DNA of 64,000 nucleotides from Octopus sinensis. Its lineage: Eukaryota. The notes below the pieces were generated by a model. That model made no database searches. It saw only the letters and a list, made by a program, of their open reading frames with translations, and had not been told where the DNA came from. The first letter of the stretch is position 1, and the number at the start of each line of letters is the position of its first letter. Positions 14,311-28,190 of the stretch are shown piece after piece. Where the stretch lies: positions 107,074,001 to 107,138,000 of the forward strand of contig NC_042998.1 of the NCBI RefSeq assembly GCF_006345805.1, written 5' to 3'. Both the position numbers and the translations under genes were made by a program.

Positions 14311-15519
14311 ACCGAGAGACAAACAGACAAATAGAGAGAAAGGAGAGAATTTATTGCACGTCATTTTAGGTTATACAATTCACAACACACATTAGATGGT
14401 CATTTTAGACAGATTGGGGGAAGATGATTGAGCAGCGCTCTTAGCTGTAATGGGAGGATAGAATATGGCACAAAAGAATAAAATAAGACCTGAATAGAAT
14501 ATAACATAAAACCTATAGTGAAGATTTTATTAATTGAAGACGATAAATTTGATAATTTTTTCTCTCTTCTAAGAATACTAAAGTAATGTTATTAACGTGA
14601 AGAATTCCATGTGTGGATAATTCACCGATAGCAATCCACAAACGGCAATTCACCGACGAACAATTCGCTGATTATCAGAGCCTCCATTGAAGAGATGAAA
14701 ATACCGTATCTTAAGTGTGCTCAAACGATAGAATGAGTTGCAAACTACGAGCTTAACTAATCTATCGCTTCATATTTAAGGAAGCTTAACACATGACGTC
14801 TCATTATAGAAATCCTTTCAAGGATTTATCAGTGTTCAAATTATTAAAATTAATTTTACGAGTAATAAGTACTTACTTTTCATTTTTAGCTTATTATTGA
14901 AATTGTGATATTCATTAAGATATATTAATTTAGCATTGGAAAAGATAAAAACCAATCAATTTACTAATTGGTGATTTTTAATCGATATTTTCGATATGTT
15001 TTTCTTTTAAGAATATCGATATATCCGTCGATGAATTACTGTTGGTGAACTTCCCTGCGGCCGAAGAAGCCATTATGTCCTATTAGGGTCTTACTTAAAA
15101 ATATATTTTTGTTGGGAAACCTGAGAGCAGTTCCTTACTGAGCAGACTTTTATACAGAGTGTTCCAATTGTCACCATTCTTTACTTTTAAAATATAGTGA
15201 ACCCAGGACTAACATTACATATCCCCAGCCTTTTTCAGATGTTAGGAATGGATTAGTGAAAAATTTAGCAGCAATTTTTCTAAGTTAGAGCAACAAGGTA
15301 GATGTCTCCTTGTTGGTGCTACAATGCAAATACAAATTATTATGAATAAAATTCTATTCTTTTCTATTCTATTCCAGCTATATTTTATTCTATGCTGCCA
15401 TCTTTCATTTACCTATTAATGTTATGAACACTGCAGTACTATCATTTTCTCCTTATCCGTCAGAATGCATGTTGTAAATATAAACCTAAAAATCCGTATA
15501 ATATATAATGATGCGCAAT

Positions 15520-15603
15520 GAATTCTCTCTCTATCTCTCTATCTATCTCTCACTCCCTGTCTCTCTATCTGTCTATCTCTATCTCTCTTTCTTCGTATAT
15601 ATA

Positions 15604-15636
<33 letters not shown>

Positions 15637-15753
15637 AGATAGATAGGTAAATAGATAGGTAGATAGATAGATAAATAGATTGATGAATGTGTGTGTACGC
15701 GTGTGCATGTGTGCGAGTACATGTATATATGTATGTATGTGTGTGTGCGTGCG

Positions 15754-15832
<79 letters not shown>
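15520..15832. repeat. Compound (CT)/(TATG)/(GATA)/(GT)n microsatellite
   Basis: Direct reading. Confidence 0.9.
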
Positions 15833-15834
<2 letters not shown>

Positions 15835-16387
15835 TAGCTAAAATGGCTTCAATTAAGAATTGTCTCGCTGTAAGCTACGGCTGCAACAGAACGTTGAAAC
15901 TATCGTATTTGAAACCCCAGAAATTATGTTTCCTGGAACTTCTTTGAATCTTGATCTGCTAATAATGAGAAATGATTAGAAGAAAAAAAAGTTCCATAAT
16001 AAATATTAAAGAATGGTGAGAATACTATGTAAGTTTCTTTTTCTTATGTGATATGACATTAAAATAGCCACATATGAATCTATTTAAAAAATGCAACAAT
16101 CACCAAGTGTTCTAACAAAAAAAGAAACGTTTAGCAAATATAATAGTATTCATATCTAGAATTTTGAGTTAGAAATTTCTCGAGATATTTGAAAGAAAAA
16201 CACAGACTGTGAATAAAGTAAAGGGCACCAGAGAGAAAGAGATAAAAATACTGAGATAACGACAAAGTGAGCGAAACAGAGGTTGAGAGAGAGAGTAAAA
16301 AACAAAAGAGGAGGTAATCATGGTGCAGGTTTTTTTTTTTCATTTGTGGGGTTTCTGCTTATTAGTACCCGCGTGTAAATACATACA

Positions 16388-16419
<32 letters not shown>

Positions 16420-16421
16420 CA

Positions 16422-16453
<32 letters not shown>

Positions 16454-17299
16454 CACATATACATACGCACATATGCATGTATGTATTTATATATAATTTT
16501 TGTCTCTTATCAAAAGTGAAGATACTTTGCCTTCTAACAAGATTTCACAATCTATCGAGTTACTGTTTTTGCTCGTTGATGTTGTACTTGTCTTTGTTTT
16601 GTTTTGTTTTTTTTATATTGCTTGAATTTTTCTGCTATTTTTTTCTTTTTGTTTTTTCTCGTTTTTGAGTTAATGAGATTTTGGTATCGGAGAGTATGTT
16701 TAAGTGAGAAGGGTAAACAAGAAACTTACTGGCATAAATTTATCACGCTTAACATTTAGCAACAAACTGTCGTTGTTATTGCCTTTTTTTCTTTTTTTTT
16801 TGTAATGTGTTATGTATGGTCCTACTTCTTACATAGCATTTATCAACCATTCCAAACGGAAGCCCATTTCTCAACTCCTATAAATATGGAGTCTTGACTC
16901 TAGTCAAAACAAATTATTCTCTACATCACAGGTGCTTTTTTTGGTTGGAAAACTGTACCAAGAGATTTTTTCAGCCTCAGTCTTCTATTATAATTCCATT
17001 CACACTTAGAATGTTTTATAGGAACAGTAAATCGAATCCAGTACTTGATTGCTACCTTATTGTCAATCCCGGAAAGTTGAAAGGCAAAGTAGATCCCAAC
17101 GAGTTTTGGCACACAGGAGCCTAAAAAAACTCTTACTAAATAGTGCAGACATTTTGTCTGGCGCTAACTATTATACCCAAATCAGCTCTAACGGAGAATA
17201 CTTTCAATTAATGGTATTTCAACCGTTGCAAACCTGTCTTTCTTTTTCTATAGTTTAATGGTTCCCACCTGCTTCATGTCCTCACAGCTTTCGTACTCA

Positions 17300-18000
17300 T
17301 CCATATTTTTAACGTACCAATGTAAAGAAATCATTATCATTACTGATAGGACAATAGAGTATGTGGAAAGAAGGAGCATCAGAGAAAATGGCTTGTGGTA
17401 TTTAGTTACTTCCCTTTACGTACTGAATTCTATCGACCCTTTCTACGTCATCAAGTAAAATTTATGGCTTTCTGCCAAATTATAAATTATTTGTATGTAT
17501 GTCATCGTTTTTGTTTTTGTTTTATTTTTTGTGTTACTTTTGGGGTTTTGTTTTTACCAATGACTGTAGCTGTTTTTATTGAATCTTCCATAACGATATA
17601 GTTTCCATTTACATTTACAAGTTCCCTACGCTAATTATCTTATGAAGTGCACAAAATTGTGTTTCTCTTCTCACGAGGTTTCAAACTTTAGCAGGAAGTT
17701 ATTGTTCTTTTTATTAGTCATCTATTTATTCTTTTCACCAACTATCTCCTCACCATATGTTTCTTTCAAATTTCTTGTTTTGTATTTTGTTTTCCGTTTG
17801 TTTGAGGTGTGTGTATCGAGGTAAAGGAATTAGGAAATACAACCAACAACAAATAGCTATTCAAAGCAATAAGTTTCGGATGCGATAATTTCCTCCTTAC
17901 TTTTTTTAATATTCTATATTTACTGTTTTCGTATACAGTTCTTTTTATAGACATTTTGCAAGTCTTAATTACTTGCAAAACGCATATTATAGAAAAACTG
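17300..18000 (-). mobile_element. Possible very old Penelope-like fragment
   Basis: Weak resemblance of minus-strand translations to the PLE linker and C-terminus; no intact motif. Confidence 0.25.
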
Positions 18001-18059
18001 ATGCAAGGTCAATTTCCAGATGGCTGATAGTATAGACACCTGGATCTATCATAATATAT

Positions 18060-18255
18060 TGGTTTCAAATTTTGGCACAAGGTCAGCAATTTCAGAGTAG
18101 GTGGTAAGTCGATTACATCGACCCCAGTTCTCAACTTGTACGTTTTTCATCGACTCCAAAAGATTGGAAAGCAAAGTCGATCTCGGCAGAATTTTATTTC
18201 TAAATGTAAGGATGGAAGAAATGCCGCTAAGCATTTTGCCCGTCATTTCGCTGCC
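18060..18255 (-). mobile_element. SINE-B (degenerate)
   Basis: Reverse complement of the 28562-28770 family (ttttggcacaagg...gtcgattacatcgacccc...aaagtcga). Other decayed copies at ~16990-17125 and ~19620-19790. Confidence 0.75.
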
Positions 18256-19959
18256 TTAAATCTATCCTAATATATCGATTTCTAAAATAGACACGTGGTT
18301 ATTTATTTTTTGTGGCGAGAATGTAGTTAATTAAATTGACCCTAATAAATATCAACTCCTGCAGTATAAAAGGTTAAGTTGACTTCAGTGAGATTTGAAC
18401 AATAAACGTAAAGGAACATATAAGCAATACAGCAAGCTATTTTTGTAGAGCACGCTATTCTCCCTTTATTCCCGATACACCCACGTTTTGGCCTGATACT
18501 TTGATACTGCATATGTTTAATGACGACAATGAAATTAAAATAAGATCTCAACTCGAACACTTACGAAATTGTTTCAGCTCAGAGGCAATACAACAAATTT
18601 ATTAGAGAGTCATATGGTTGGTCGGATTAGTATATATTGCTGGTACTACTTTATAGACTATCATACAGATGATATCATGCAGATGAATAAAGTTAATTCA
18701 AATGACATTTCAGCTGACAAGGAAAATGAGTCAAGTGAGCTTCATTAAAAAGATTCAGTCCGCCATATAATTTTCTTCACCACAACACTTCTCTAATAAA
18801 ATCTGTTCTATTTCTTTTTCTTGTAATGTCATATTCTATAGGTGTTGAGGATAAGAATACATGGCGTTCATTCTTTTTAAAATATATTTACAACCTTAGC
18901 GATGTGAAACGGCTACAACAGGAAATTGGAACTGGCTTACAATTGAGGCTACCGGAAGTATATCATTTGCTTTAGACTACTTACCACACTAACGGAAATA
19001 ATATAAATTACTTTTGTTGGGAATAAGTTTCTATAGATTAAGGCGAAAAATAGAATATTGCCCTCATCATGCCTTTTTTCAAGAACATGTACTGTATAAC
19101 CTGAAGTGGAATCAAGCAAAAATTACGATTTCATTAAAGATTTGACAGGAATTCAAGTCTTCTTCTGCGATGCCGGTTATTAGTAGTATTAATGTTACCA
19201 ATTAATATTACCGTTAATATTACCAATCATGGAAAACGGAAAATAGTCGAATTAGTAGGTTTTTGTACCTTAATCAGAGCGAATCAATATTAGTTCTATT
19301 TTGCATTTTGCGAGTATTTCTGCCTTGCTGTATAGCCTCTATGAAGACACTTCGAAAAGAAAATATGAATTATATAAAAGGAAAAATATAAAAAAAGCAT
19401 ATTTCTTTTACATTCAATGTTGAAATTCACTCAAGAAGTCGACTTTAATTTTCATCCTTCCAAGGTTTATAGTTAAATACTAGCCAAGTAATAGAGACGA
19501 TTTAATTGTCTATAGCATCTCCTAAAGTTGCTATCTTAGAAATCATTATTCGTTATAACAGTAAAACATTTATAAGATAAAGAATATTAATTTCAGTTTA
19601 TATATATCTCATTGTTACAAGGCCAAATTTTGTCAGAGAAGAGCATATGGTGATTCTTTTGAGACTGCATTCTATCTTATTTTACCGGCATGGGAAGCAT
19701 GAAAAAACCGCATCGGCCCGGTCAGAAATTGAAATAAGACCGTAGAATGTAGATGGCGAAGCTAAATATCTTAAGAGCATTTAGTGTCGCTTATGTCCCC
19801 AAACCGACACTATATTACCAATAATACCAATTGATATTGCGTAAGGCAATAATACAGCCTCTCGATGTTCGCTCTATCTGCTAAATACATACATACATAC
19901 ATACATACATACATACATACATACATACAGAAGACAGACAGACAAACTGACTGACTGAC

Positions 19960-20025
<66 letters not shown>

Positions 20026-20134
20026 TAGTGGATTATTAAAGCTGAAAAACTTCACAAACTGCTACTCAAAGGTTCGATGAACTTGCCGTACATATGTATG
20101 TGTGTAATGTAGGTTCATGTATATATTTATGATG

Positions 20135-20246
<112 letters not shown>

Positions 20247-20578
20247 AATTTACAAAATAAGGGCAAAAGAAAAATTCTAATGCCAAATATGCCGAAAAAA
20301 GACAAAATTTGTCAATAACATTATAACTTACGCGTCTCGAAATTGGGTTCAATACGGTAATAACGGATTTTTTAGAAATTTCTATCGGTTTGTTTCGAGA
20401 CGCATAAATTATAATGGTTATTGACAATTTTTGTCTTTTTTTCGGCATATTTGGCATTAGAATTTTTCTTTGGCCCTTATTTTGTAAATTATTGATAAAT
20501 CTAACCTTTAAAGGTATTTTTGATATGCTGGCCATTGATAAAATTGTTTCCCGAAAAAAAAAATTTATCCTACATTAG
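20247..20578 (+). mobile_element. Family-B hammerhead element remnant with 5' inversion (fold-back)
   Basis: 20247-20342 is inverted relative to 20393-20490. The spacer holds the 3' half of the family-B hammerhead (GAAA-TTGGGTTCAAT-A-CGGTAA). 20490-20575 matches 62480-62585. Confidence 0.8.
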
Positions 20579-20579
20579 G

Positions 20580-20600
20580 TATATATTACATATATATATA

Positions 20601-20650
<50 letters not shown>

Positions 20651-20683
20651 GATATAATATATACATATATATATATATATATA

Positions 20684-20714
<31 letters not shown>

Positions 20715-20724
20715 ATATATATAG

Positions 20725-20763
<39 letters not shown>

Positions 20764-20779
20764 ATATATATATACATAT

Positions 20780-20821
<42 letters not shown>

Positions 20822-20837
20822 TATATACATATATATA

Positions 20838-20884
<47 letters not shown>

Positions 20885-20919
20885 TAGATATATATAATAT
20901 ATATATATATATATACATA

Positions 20920-20961
<42 letters not shown>

Positions 20962-20990
20962 CATATATATATATATATATATATCTATAT

Positions 20991-21021
<31 letters not shown>

Positions 21022-21046
21022 CATATATATATGCATATTTAAATAT
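20580..21046. repeat. Long imperfect (TA)n tract
   Basis: Direct reading. Confidence 0.95.
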
Positions 21047-23772
21047 ATGTATATAACCCGCCACTCGAGTCATCTTTCCTTTCTTAGCCGGTGCCTCCGC
21101 CATCATGCCACACCCCGCGGGTTCCTCTTGAAGTTCCACGCTACCCCCTATTCCTCCCCCTTCATCGAACCCACCCTCGCTCGTACCTCCTGCTCCTTCC
21201 TCCGCGCCACCATCCGCACCACCCGCCCCCTCCTTGACTCCCTCGACCATCAACTTCCCCAGGCCTACCTCCTTCTCTCCGCCCTCTGCCCTCCACTCTT
21301 CACCCAACCTATCCTCCGCTTCATTCTTAATCTCAACCACCAACTCTACAACCACCTCACACACACAAAAAAAAAAAACTCCACCTCCTCCTCAACCCTC
21401 ACCCCCTTCCCCATCCTCCCCCACTGTTTACCCCCCTCTTCGCACCTACCCACCCTTCCACGGACCCCCACACACCCCCACCGTGACCTTCCTACGCCTA
21501 ACCCATCTTCACCCAACCACCCCACCCTCCCCTTCACACCCCTGCACCCCCTCCGCCTGCCCCTAGTCCTCCCACCACCCCGCTTCCTCGCGCTGTTGTC
21601 ACCTATACCCCCCACCTCCCCCTCTCCGCCGCTGAGCGCTCCCTCCTCAGTAAGGGTCTCCGCTTCACGCCACTCACGCGCCACTGTGATGAGTTCGAGG
21701 ACTCGGGCGGACGTCAACCTGTTCCTGCGCCGCCTCAAACTTCGCGCATACTACACGCGTCCCCGCAGCGTCACAACAATCAGGATTGCCTTTTGGAGCT
21801 GGGGCGTCGTCCATCCATCTGGACGCCGCCCCCAGGCCTTTTCAGTAGCCTAGATTCGTTTGTACATGACTGCAACGCTTTGGTCCACCGTTTCAACTTT
21901 GCACCAAGACCCCGCCGAGCCAACCTCACTCGGGCCGAATCCATTGCCCTTCGCCACCTCCGCCGTCGTGATGACATTGTCATCAAACCGGCGGACAAAG
22001 GCGGGGCAGTGGTAGTGTGGCGCGCGGACCTATACAGGGAGGAAGCGCTCAACCAGCTTCAAAATCCACTCTTCTATCGCCTCCTCCCCTCCGATCCCAC
22101 CTCCTCCTACCAACAGCGAGTGTCCTCCACCATCCACGACCTCATCTCCTCCTCCGCTCCCCCTCACCGCCACCAACCTCATCGTCCGCACACCCCGCAC
22201 CTCCACCATCTACTTCCTTCCCAAGATCCATAAACCTCTAATCCTGGCCGTCCCATAGTCTCTGCCTGTAATTGCCCCACTGAACTCATCTCCCTATACC
22301 TCGACCGCATCCTGTCCCCCTTAGTCGCAGCCCTCCATCCCACATACACGACACCAACCACGCCCTCCGTCTCTTCAATTCCTTTTCCTTCCCTTCCAGC
22401 CCCTCACACCTCCTCTTCACTTTAGATGTAAAATCCCTGTACACAGTGATTCCCCACAATGACGGTCGCCTAGCCCTCCAACACTTCCTCGACCGTCGTC
22501 CCGACCCCACCCCCAGCACCCCCACCCTTCTCCGTTTGGCTGAGCTCGTCCTCACCCTCAATGCTTCACGTTCGCCGGGGAAACGTACCAACAGGTGTCC
22601 GGGGTCGCGATGGGAACTAGGATGGGCCCCAATTTCGCCAATCTTTTCTTGGCTACATTGAGGCCCAAGTGTCTCCCAGTTCTCTGGGCCGACCCCCGAA
22701 CTATACGGTCGCGCTATATCGACGACTGCGTAGGTGCCACCTCCCTTTCCCGTGAACTTCTCTGCCAATTCATCTCTTTCCTTTCCAACTTTCACCCCTC
22801 TCTTCAATTCACCTCCACCATCTCAAACACCTCTGTCAACTTCCTTGACATCTCTCTCCGCATCGATCACCCCTCCAGCTCTCTCACACCACCGCCCTTT
22901 TTAAAACCTACGGATTCCCACCTCTATCTCAACTTCTCTTCCTCCCACCCCTTCCACACCAAACGAGCCATCCCCTACTCCCAGTTCCTCCGCCTCCGAC
23001 GTTTGTGCAGCCGCGACCAGGATTTCGAGACCCAATCTCAATACCTGGCCCGCATGTTCAGACTCCGAGGTTACCCACCCATACTCCTCTCTGATGCCCT
23101 CACCCGCGCCGTCGCATCGACCGCACTACCGCCCTGTCTCCTTCCCCCCGCCCACCCCCAACCGCACCCCCTTCCCCCTCTTTTCCACCCCTCTACCTAC
23201 CCCTTCGTCGCAAGATACTACGTGCCTTCCGTCGCCTCCAGCTTGATCCCACCACCCGCCCCATTTTCCCTAACCTACCCCTGTCCTCTTTCAAACGAGC
23301 CCGCAATCTGCGTGACCTCCTGGTCCACAGCACCCTCTCTCCTTCCCCTCAGCCCCACACGGATCATTCCCTTGCTCTAGATCCCGCTGCAACACTTGCC
23401 CTTCATCACCAACACCACCGCTGTCACCGGCTCCAACCTGCACACTGTACGCATTAGGCACTCTTTTACGTGCACCTCGTCTGGCCTTATTTACTGCATT
23501 AAATGCAACCTATGCGGGATGCTGTATGTAGGACAGACGGGACGCCGGTTGTCCGACCGTTTCACTGAACACTTGACGGACGTTCGCCTACACTCTCTTT
23601 CTCCCGTCGCACGCCACTTCCGCTCGCCGGCCATTCCCTAGATGACATCTCAGTGTTTGGTCTCGCCCCCCACCATGGTCGCCCACTTTCCAGGCTCCAC
23701 TTGGAGCAACGCTACATCTTCACCCTACAAACTACCACCCCACACGGACTTAACACAGCCCCCTCCTCTTGA
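21047..23772 (+). pseudogene. Penelope-like reverse transcriptase-GIY-YIG endonuclease, multiply frameshifted
   Basis: HLSFLSRC..PRGFLLKF; SLLSKGLRF; KPADKGGAVVV; KIHKP..GRPIVS; LDVKSLYTVIP; GVAMGTRMGPNFANLF; RYIDD; NFLDI; KPTDSHLYL..SSHP..TKRAIPYSQFLRLRR; Cys linker PCSRSRCNTC; LIYCIKCNLCGMLYVGQTGRRLSDRFTEH; EQRYIFTLQT..PHGLN; stop at 23770-23772. Confidence 0.93.
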
Positions 23773-23789
23773 GATCCGTTTTTTTTTTT

Positions 23790-26540
23790 TTTTTGTGGAC
23801 ACACCACCCCACACACCCACCCACCCACCTACCTCCCACACGCACACACCACCCACCTACCTCCCACACCCACCCACCCACCTACTCCCACACGCCTGTT
23901 CACACACACACATACGTAGACCCATCTACGTACATACATTCACCATTTAATCACACACACTTACAGACATACTAACACACACTAACATACAAACCAACAT
24001 GCACATACACACACACATACATACATACGCACAAACATACATACTTACACACACACACACACACACAGACATACATACACACATACACACACACATACAT
24101 ACGCACATACATACACACACACTCACACACACACACCGCACGTACATACTTCACACACACACATGCAAACATACATGTAGGCACATACATACATACATAC
24201 CTACACATGCACACCCTTACACTGAATGCACACCACATACACCTTTTTGCATCCAGGCAGCCCCCCCTCTTTTCTGCTTTCCGGTTTTGGCTGATGGAAC
24301 CTCGGTTCCCGCGTAGCGGGGCGTTCGAGGGCCTTTGCGCTCGCGCGCCTTGGCGCGCGCTGGGGGCTTGGTCGGCCCCTTGGGCTTGCGTTGTACTGCT
24401 TGTGCGTTGTGTGCGTGAGCGCGCTTCGTGTGTGTGGGCTTGCTTCGGATGTGCGCGTGCGTATGTATGCATACATACCCACACACTCGCATGCATCCCT
24501 ACCCACATACATACACGCACACCTACTCACACACACACATACACACACATACCTGCACACACACACACACATACATACATACACATACATACCTACTTCA
24601 GACTTACACACACACAGACATACACCCATACACTCACACTCACACGCATACACACACACACATACACACGCACACGTACACATACACACACACACACACA
24701 CCTACATACATACATTACACTTGTATACACACACTTACATTCATACACACACACACCTACACAGCCATACCCTCACTCAGACACACACACACAAACACAC
24801 ACGGACACACACCCATACATACATATCTACACACCACACGCTACACACATACATACACACATACATAAACACACACACATACACATATACACACATACGC
24901 ACACACACATATACGTATACACATGCACACACACACACATACATACATACACCCATATACATACACACACACATACCCACATACTCCTATACGCACATAC
25001 ATACACACAGACATACACACATACACACTCACACAAACATACACACACACATACTTACACACACACTCACCTGCACGCGCACACACATGCATGACAAACA
25101 CCCATACACTCACACTCACATACGCCACACCCAACATAAACACGCACACGCACACGCACACAACACCTACACTCCCACACACATACACACACGCACCTAC
25201 ATACACACACGCACGCTACACACGCATACACACATACATTACACACGTACACACACACCTACATACACATGCATACACACACACACACAAAACATGCACG
25301 GACCAACCCAGACATACACACATACACCTATATACACACGCCCACACACCTACATACACACACATATACACACGCCCACACACCTACATACACACACATA
25401 CATACACACACATACACGGACACACCCATACATACTTACATACATACACCTATACACACACGCCTACACACCTACATACACACACATGCATACACACACA
25501 CACACATGTACGCACATACACACACATATACGCACATACATATATACCCACACACATGCACACACACACACACACATACGCACATGCATGCATGCATGCA
25601 TGCACACGCGCACACCTACACGCATACACACACACACACGCACGTACACATACATACATACACACACGCATACATACACCCATACACATACATGCATCCT
25701 ACACACACATACATACACACTCACACATACATACACACACACACTCACTCACACACCTGTATGTACGCGCACACACATGCACATACACACACTTCCCCAC
25801 ACCCACACGTACATACATACACACTCACACACATACACACACACACACACACACACGGACATACATCTATGCACACACATAAACATACACACATACACAT
25901 ACATTCATCGGACACACTGCCACCCGGACATACACACAGACCACTCACACATCCACACACATACATACTTACGCACATACTCGCAGGCGCGCGCACGCAC
26001 GCGCTTGCGCCGGTTCGCGCACGCATACGCGCCGCAGGCACCTCGCTCTGGACCCGACGAGACCTCCCGCCCGTTCCTGGGACCGTCGCGTGTCGTTGGG
26101 TTTTCCCACGCCCCGTCTCCGCGGGGACCACTCTTCCATCTTCCCCTCAGCTGGAGTCCTTTTTCCTTAACCCCCCCCCTTTTCGTTACACACACGCGCA
26201 CACATATACACACTTGCTTAAATATATACATACTCTTACACACATTCAATCTACTCGCCATTAATACCCCACGACACTGGACACACACACACATACTACT
26301 CAACACACGCTGGCACGCTACATACGCCCCCACCCCTTCCTCCCTCCCTTCCTCCTTCCTTCTTTTTCTTACTACTGACCTTGTCTGCTAAGCTGACCAC
26401 TAGTCTCGCCCTACCTCACACGCCTACACACAGACGCACACACTAACACACACATATATTTTTTGTGTTTTTTCATCTCGCCTCACACACACACATACAC
26501 ACACGCACACGCACACACTCACACATACACACACATCTGT
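23790..26540. repeat. ~2.7-kb degenerate (CA)/(CATA) microsatellite with two GC-rich islands, inside the PLE 3' region
   Basis: Direct reading; islands at ~24250-24460 and ~25980-26180. Confidence 0.9.
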
Positions 26541-26702
26541 TGCGTTACCAACCTTATCTCCACTCTTTTGCCTTTAAAAACCCACTTTGCTCTGTTTCGT
26601 AAACATCCGCCTTTCACCATGTGCAACTCGTAAACACCAGTCGTCTTTTTCTCTTTCCTGTTGCCCGCTCTGGGATCTTTCTTCTCTCTCTTCCTTCTTT
26701 AT

Positions 26703-26737
26703 GTTTCCGACGAAGAGCTCCGCTCGAAACGTCATAC
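26703..26737 (+). ncRNA. Minimal type I hammerhead ribozyme (PLE-type), U4>C variant
   Basis: GTTT-CCGACGA-A-GAGC(TCC)GCTC-GAAA-C-GTC^ATAC. Palindromic ACGT stem III; weak stem I. Confidence 0.7.
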
Positions 26738-27185
26738 CTCCCTGCTTCCATTCCTGAGCGCCTATTAATAATAATACTGTAATTGTTCCATTGTTGTTGT
26801 TTTTTTGTTTCCCGTTTGGATTAAAAATATATATATATATATATACACTCACACACAAATATAAATAAATATAAGTATGGACGGACAGACAAACAGAAAG
26901 AGGGTTTGGTAGCACAAACAAAGGAAATATACATGAATATATATATACATATATTTTGTTAATCAGCAAAAAGTTATATAAATGAGTCAAGGGACGAGGA
27001 TTCTGCGTATTGCACATACCACACTTTGATAAGTGAGATAAATGCCATGCACCTAATTCCCGGCACTTCAGTCACTATTATAATTTTATGTCTACTACAA
27101 ATGAAAAAGCATTTATGTGTATATATGTGTGCATATACACATACACGCACACACATATATATGGTGTGTGTGTGTGTGTGTTTCA

Positions 27186-27448
27186 GTCATTTTACTGCAG
27201 CAATACTAGAGCATCGCCTTGAAGGGTTTAGTCGAACGAATCGACCACAGGACCTTCTTTGTAAACGTAGTACTTATTCTAGCAGTTTCTTTTGCTGAAC
27301 TGCTAATTAGAGGGACGTAAGCACACCAACACCGGTTGTCAATCAGTGGTGGGAGACAAACACAGACACAAAGCTGTACACACATAGATATGTGAATATA
27401 ATATTACATATATATATATATATATATATACATTATATATATATATAC

Positions 27449-27530
<82 letters not shown>

Positions 27531-27873
27531 TATAATTATATATATATATAATATATATAAGGTAAAGACCCCCTTCGGTCATGAATGACCATGGGATTGC
27601 ACCTAGAAAGTTGCCTCCTAGACACAAGTCCGGGCAAGGTTGTTTATGGAGACCAGCAGTCGCCAATGTATACCAGCCCTGTGCCTAGAGTAGAAAAAAA
27701 AAAGAAACACCCCTATTCATTAAAATGTTTGACAAGAAATATCATAGTCAGAAATTTCCATCATGGATTATGATCAACCAGAAATTTACAGCACTATATA
27801 ATATTATATATATATATTATATATATATATATATATAATATATATTATATAATATATATTATATATATATATT

Positions 27874-27904
<31 letters not shown>

Positions 27905-27999
27905 TATATATTAGAAGAAATGAGGTAATCAGATTGGATGGTTCATATTTATAGATATTATTTATATATTACATTTGTTATATATATATCATATCATTC

Positions 28000-28039
<40 letters not shown>

Positions 28040-28190
28040 TGAGCCTTCTTTTCAGGGGCCAAATTCACTCACAAGGCTTTGATCGGCCTGAGGTTATAGA
28101 ACAAGACAATTTCCCTAGGTGCCACGATGTGGAACTGAACCCGAAGCTATGAGGTTGGGAAGCAAGCTTCTTATCACACAACCACACACA
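27186..28190 (-). mobile_element. SINE-A, split by expanded TA tracts and nested inserts
   Basis: Tail at 27186-27372 and tRNA-like head at 28040-28190 are both reverse complements of the family at 48495/37650. Confidence 0.8.

Larger units (their letters stand above)
21047..26828 (+). mobile_element. Penelope-like element (Neptune-type), near full length, inserted in (TA)n
   Basis: RT + GIY-YIG coding region, ~3-kb 3' region, terminal minimal hammerhead at 26703-26737; TA tracts at both ends. Confidence 0.9.

Noticed and set aside
14595-15075. Possible old DNA transposon with aattcaccg subterminal repeats
   Set aside because: Clear terminal inverted repeats and a target-site duplication could not be defined.
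24207-26391. Long ORFs (666, 331, 319 and 295 aa) rich in H/T/Y/I
   Set aside because: They are translations of CA/CATA microsatellite, which lacks stop codons in several frames. The same applies to the IY, CV, LSIY and poly-N/I ORFs throughout the window.
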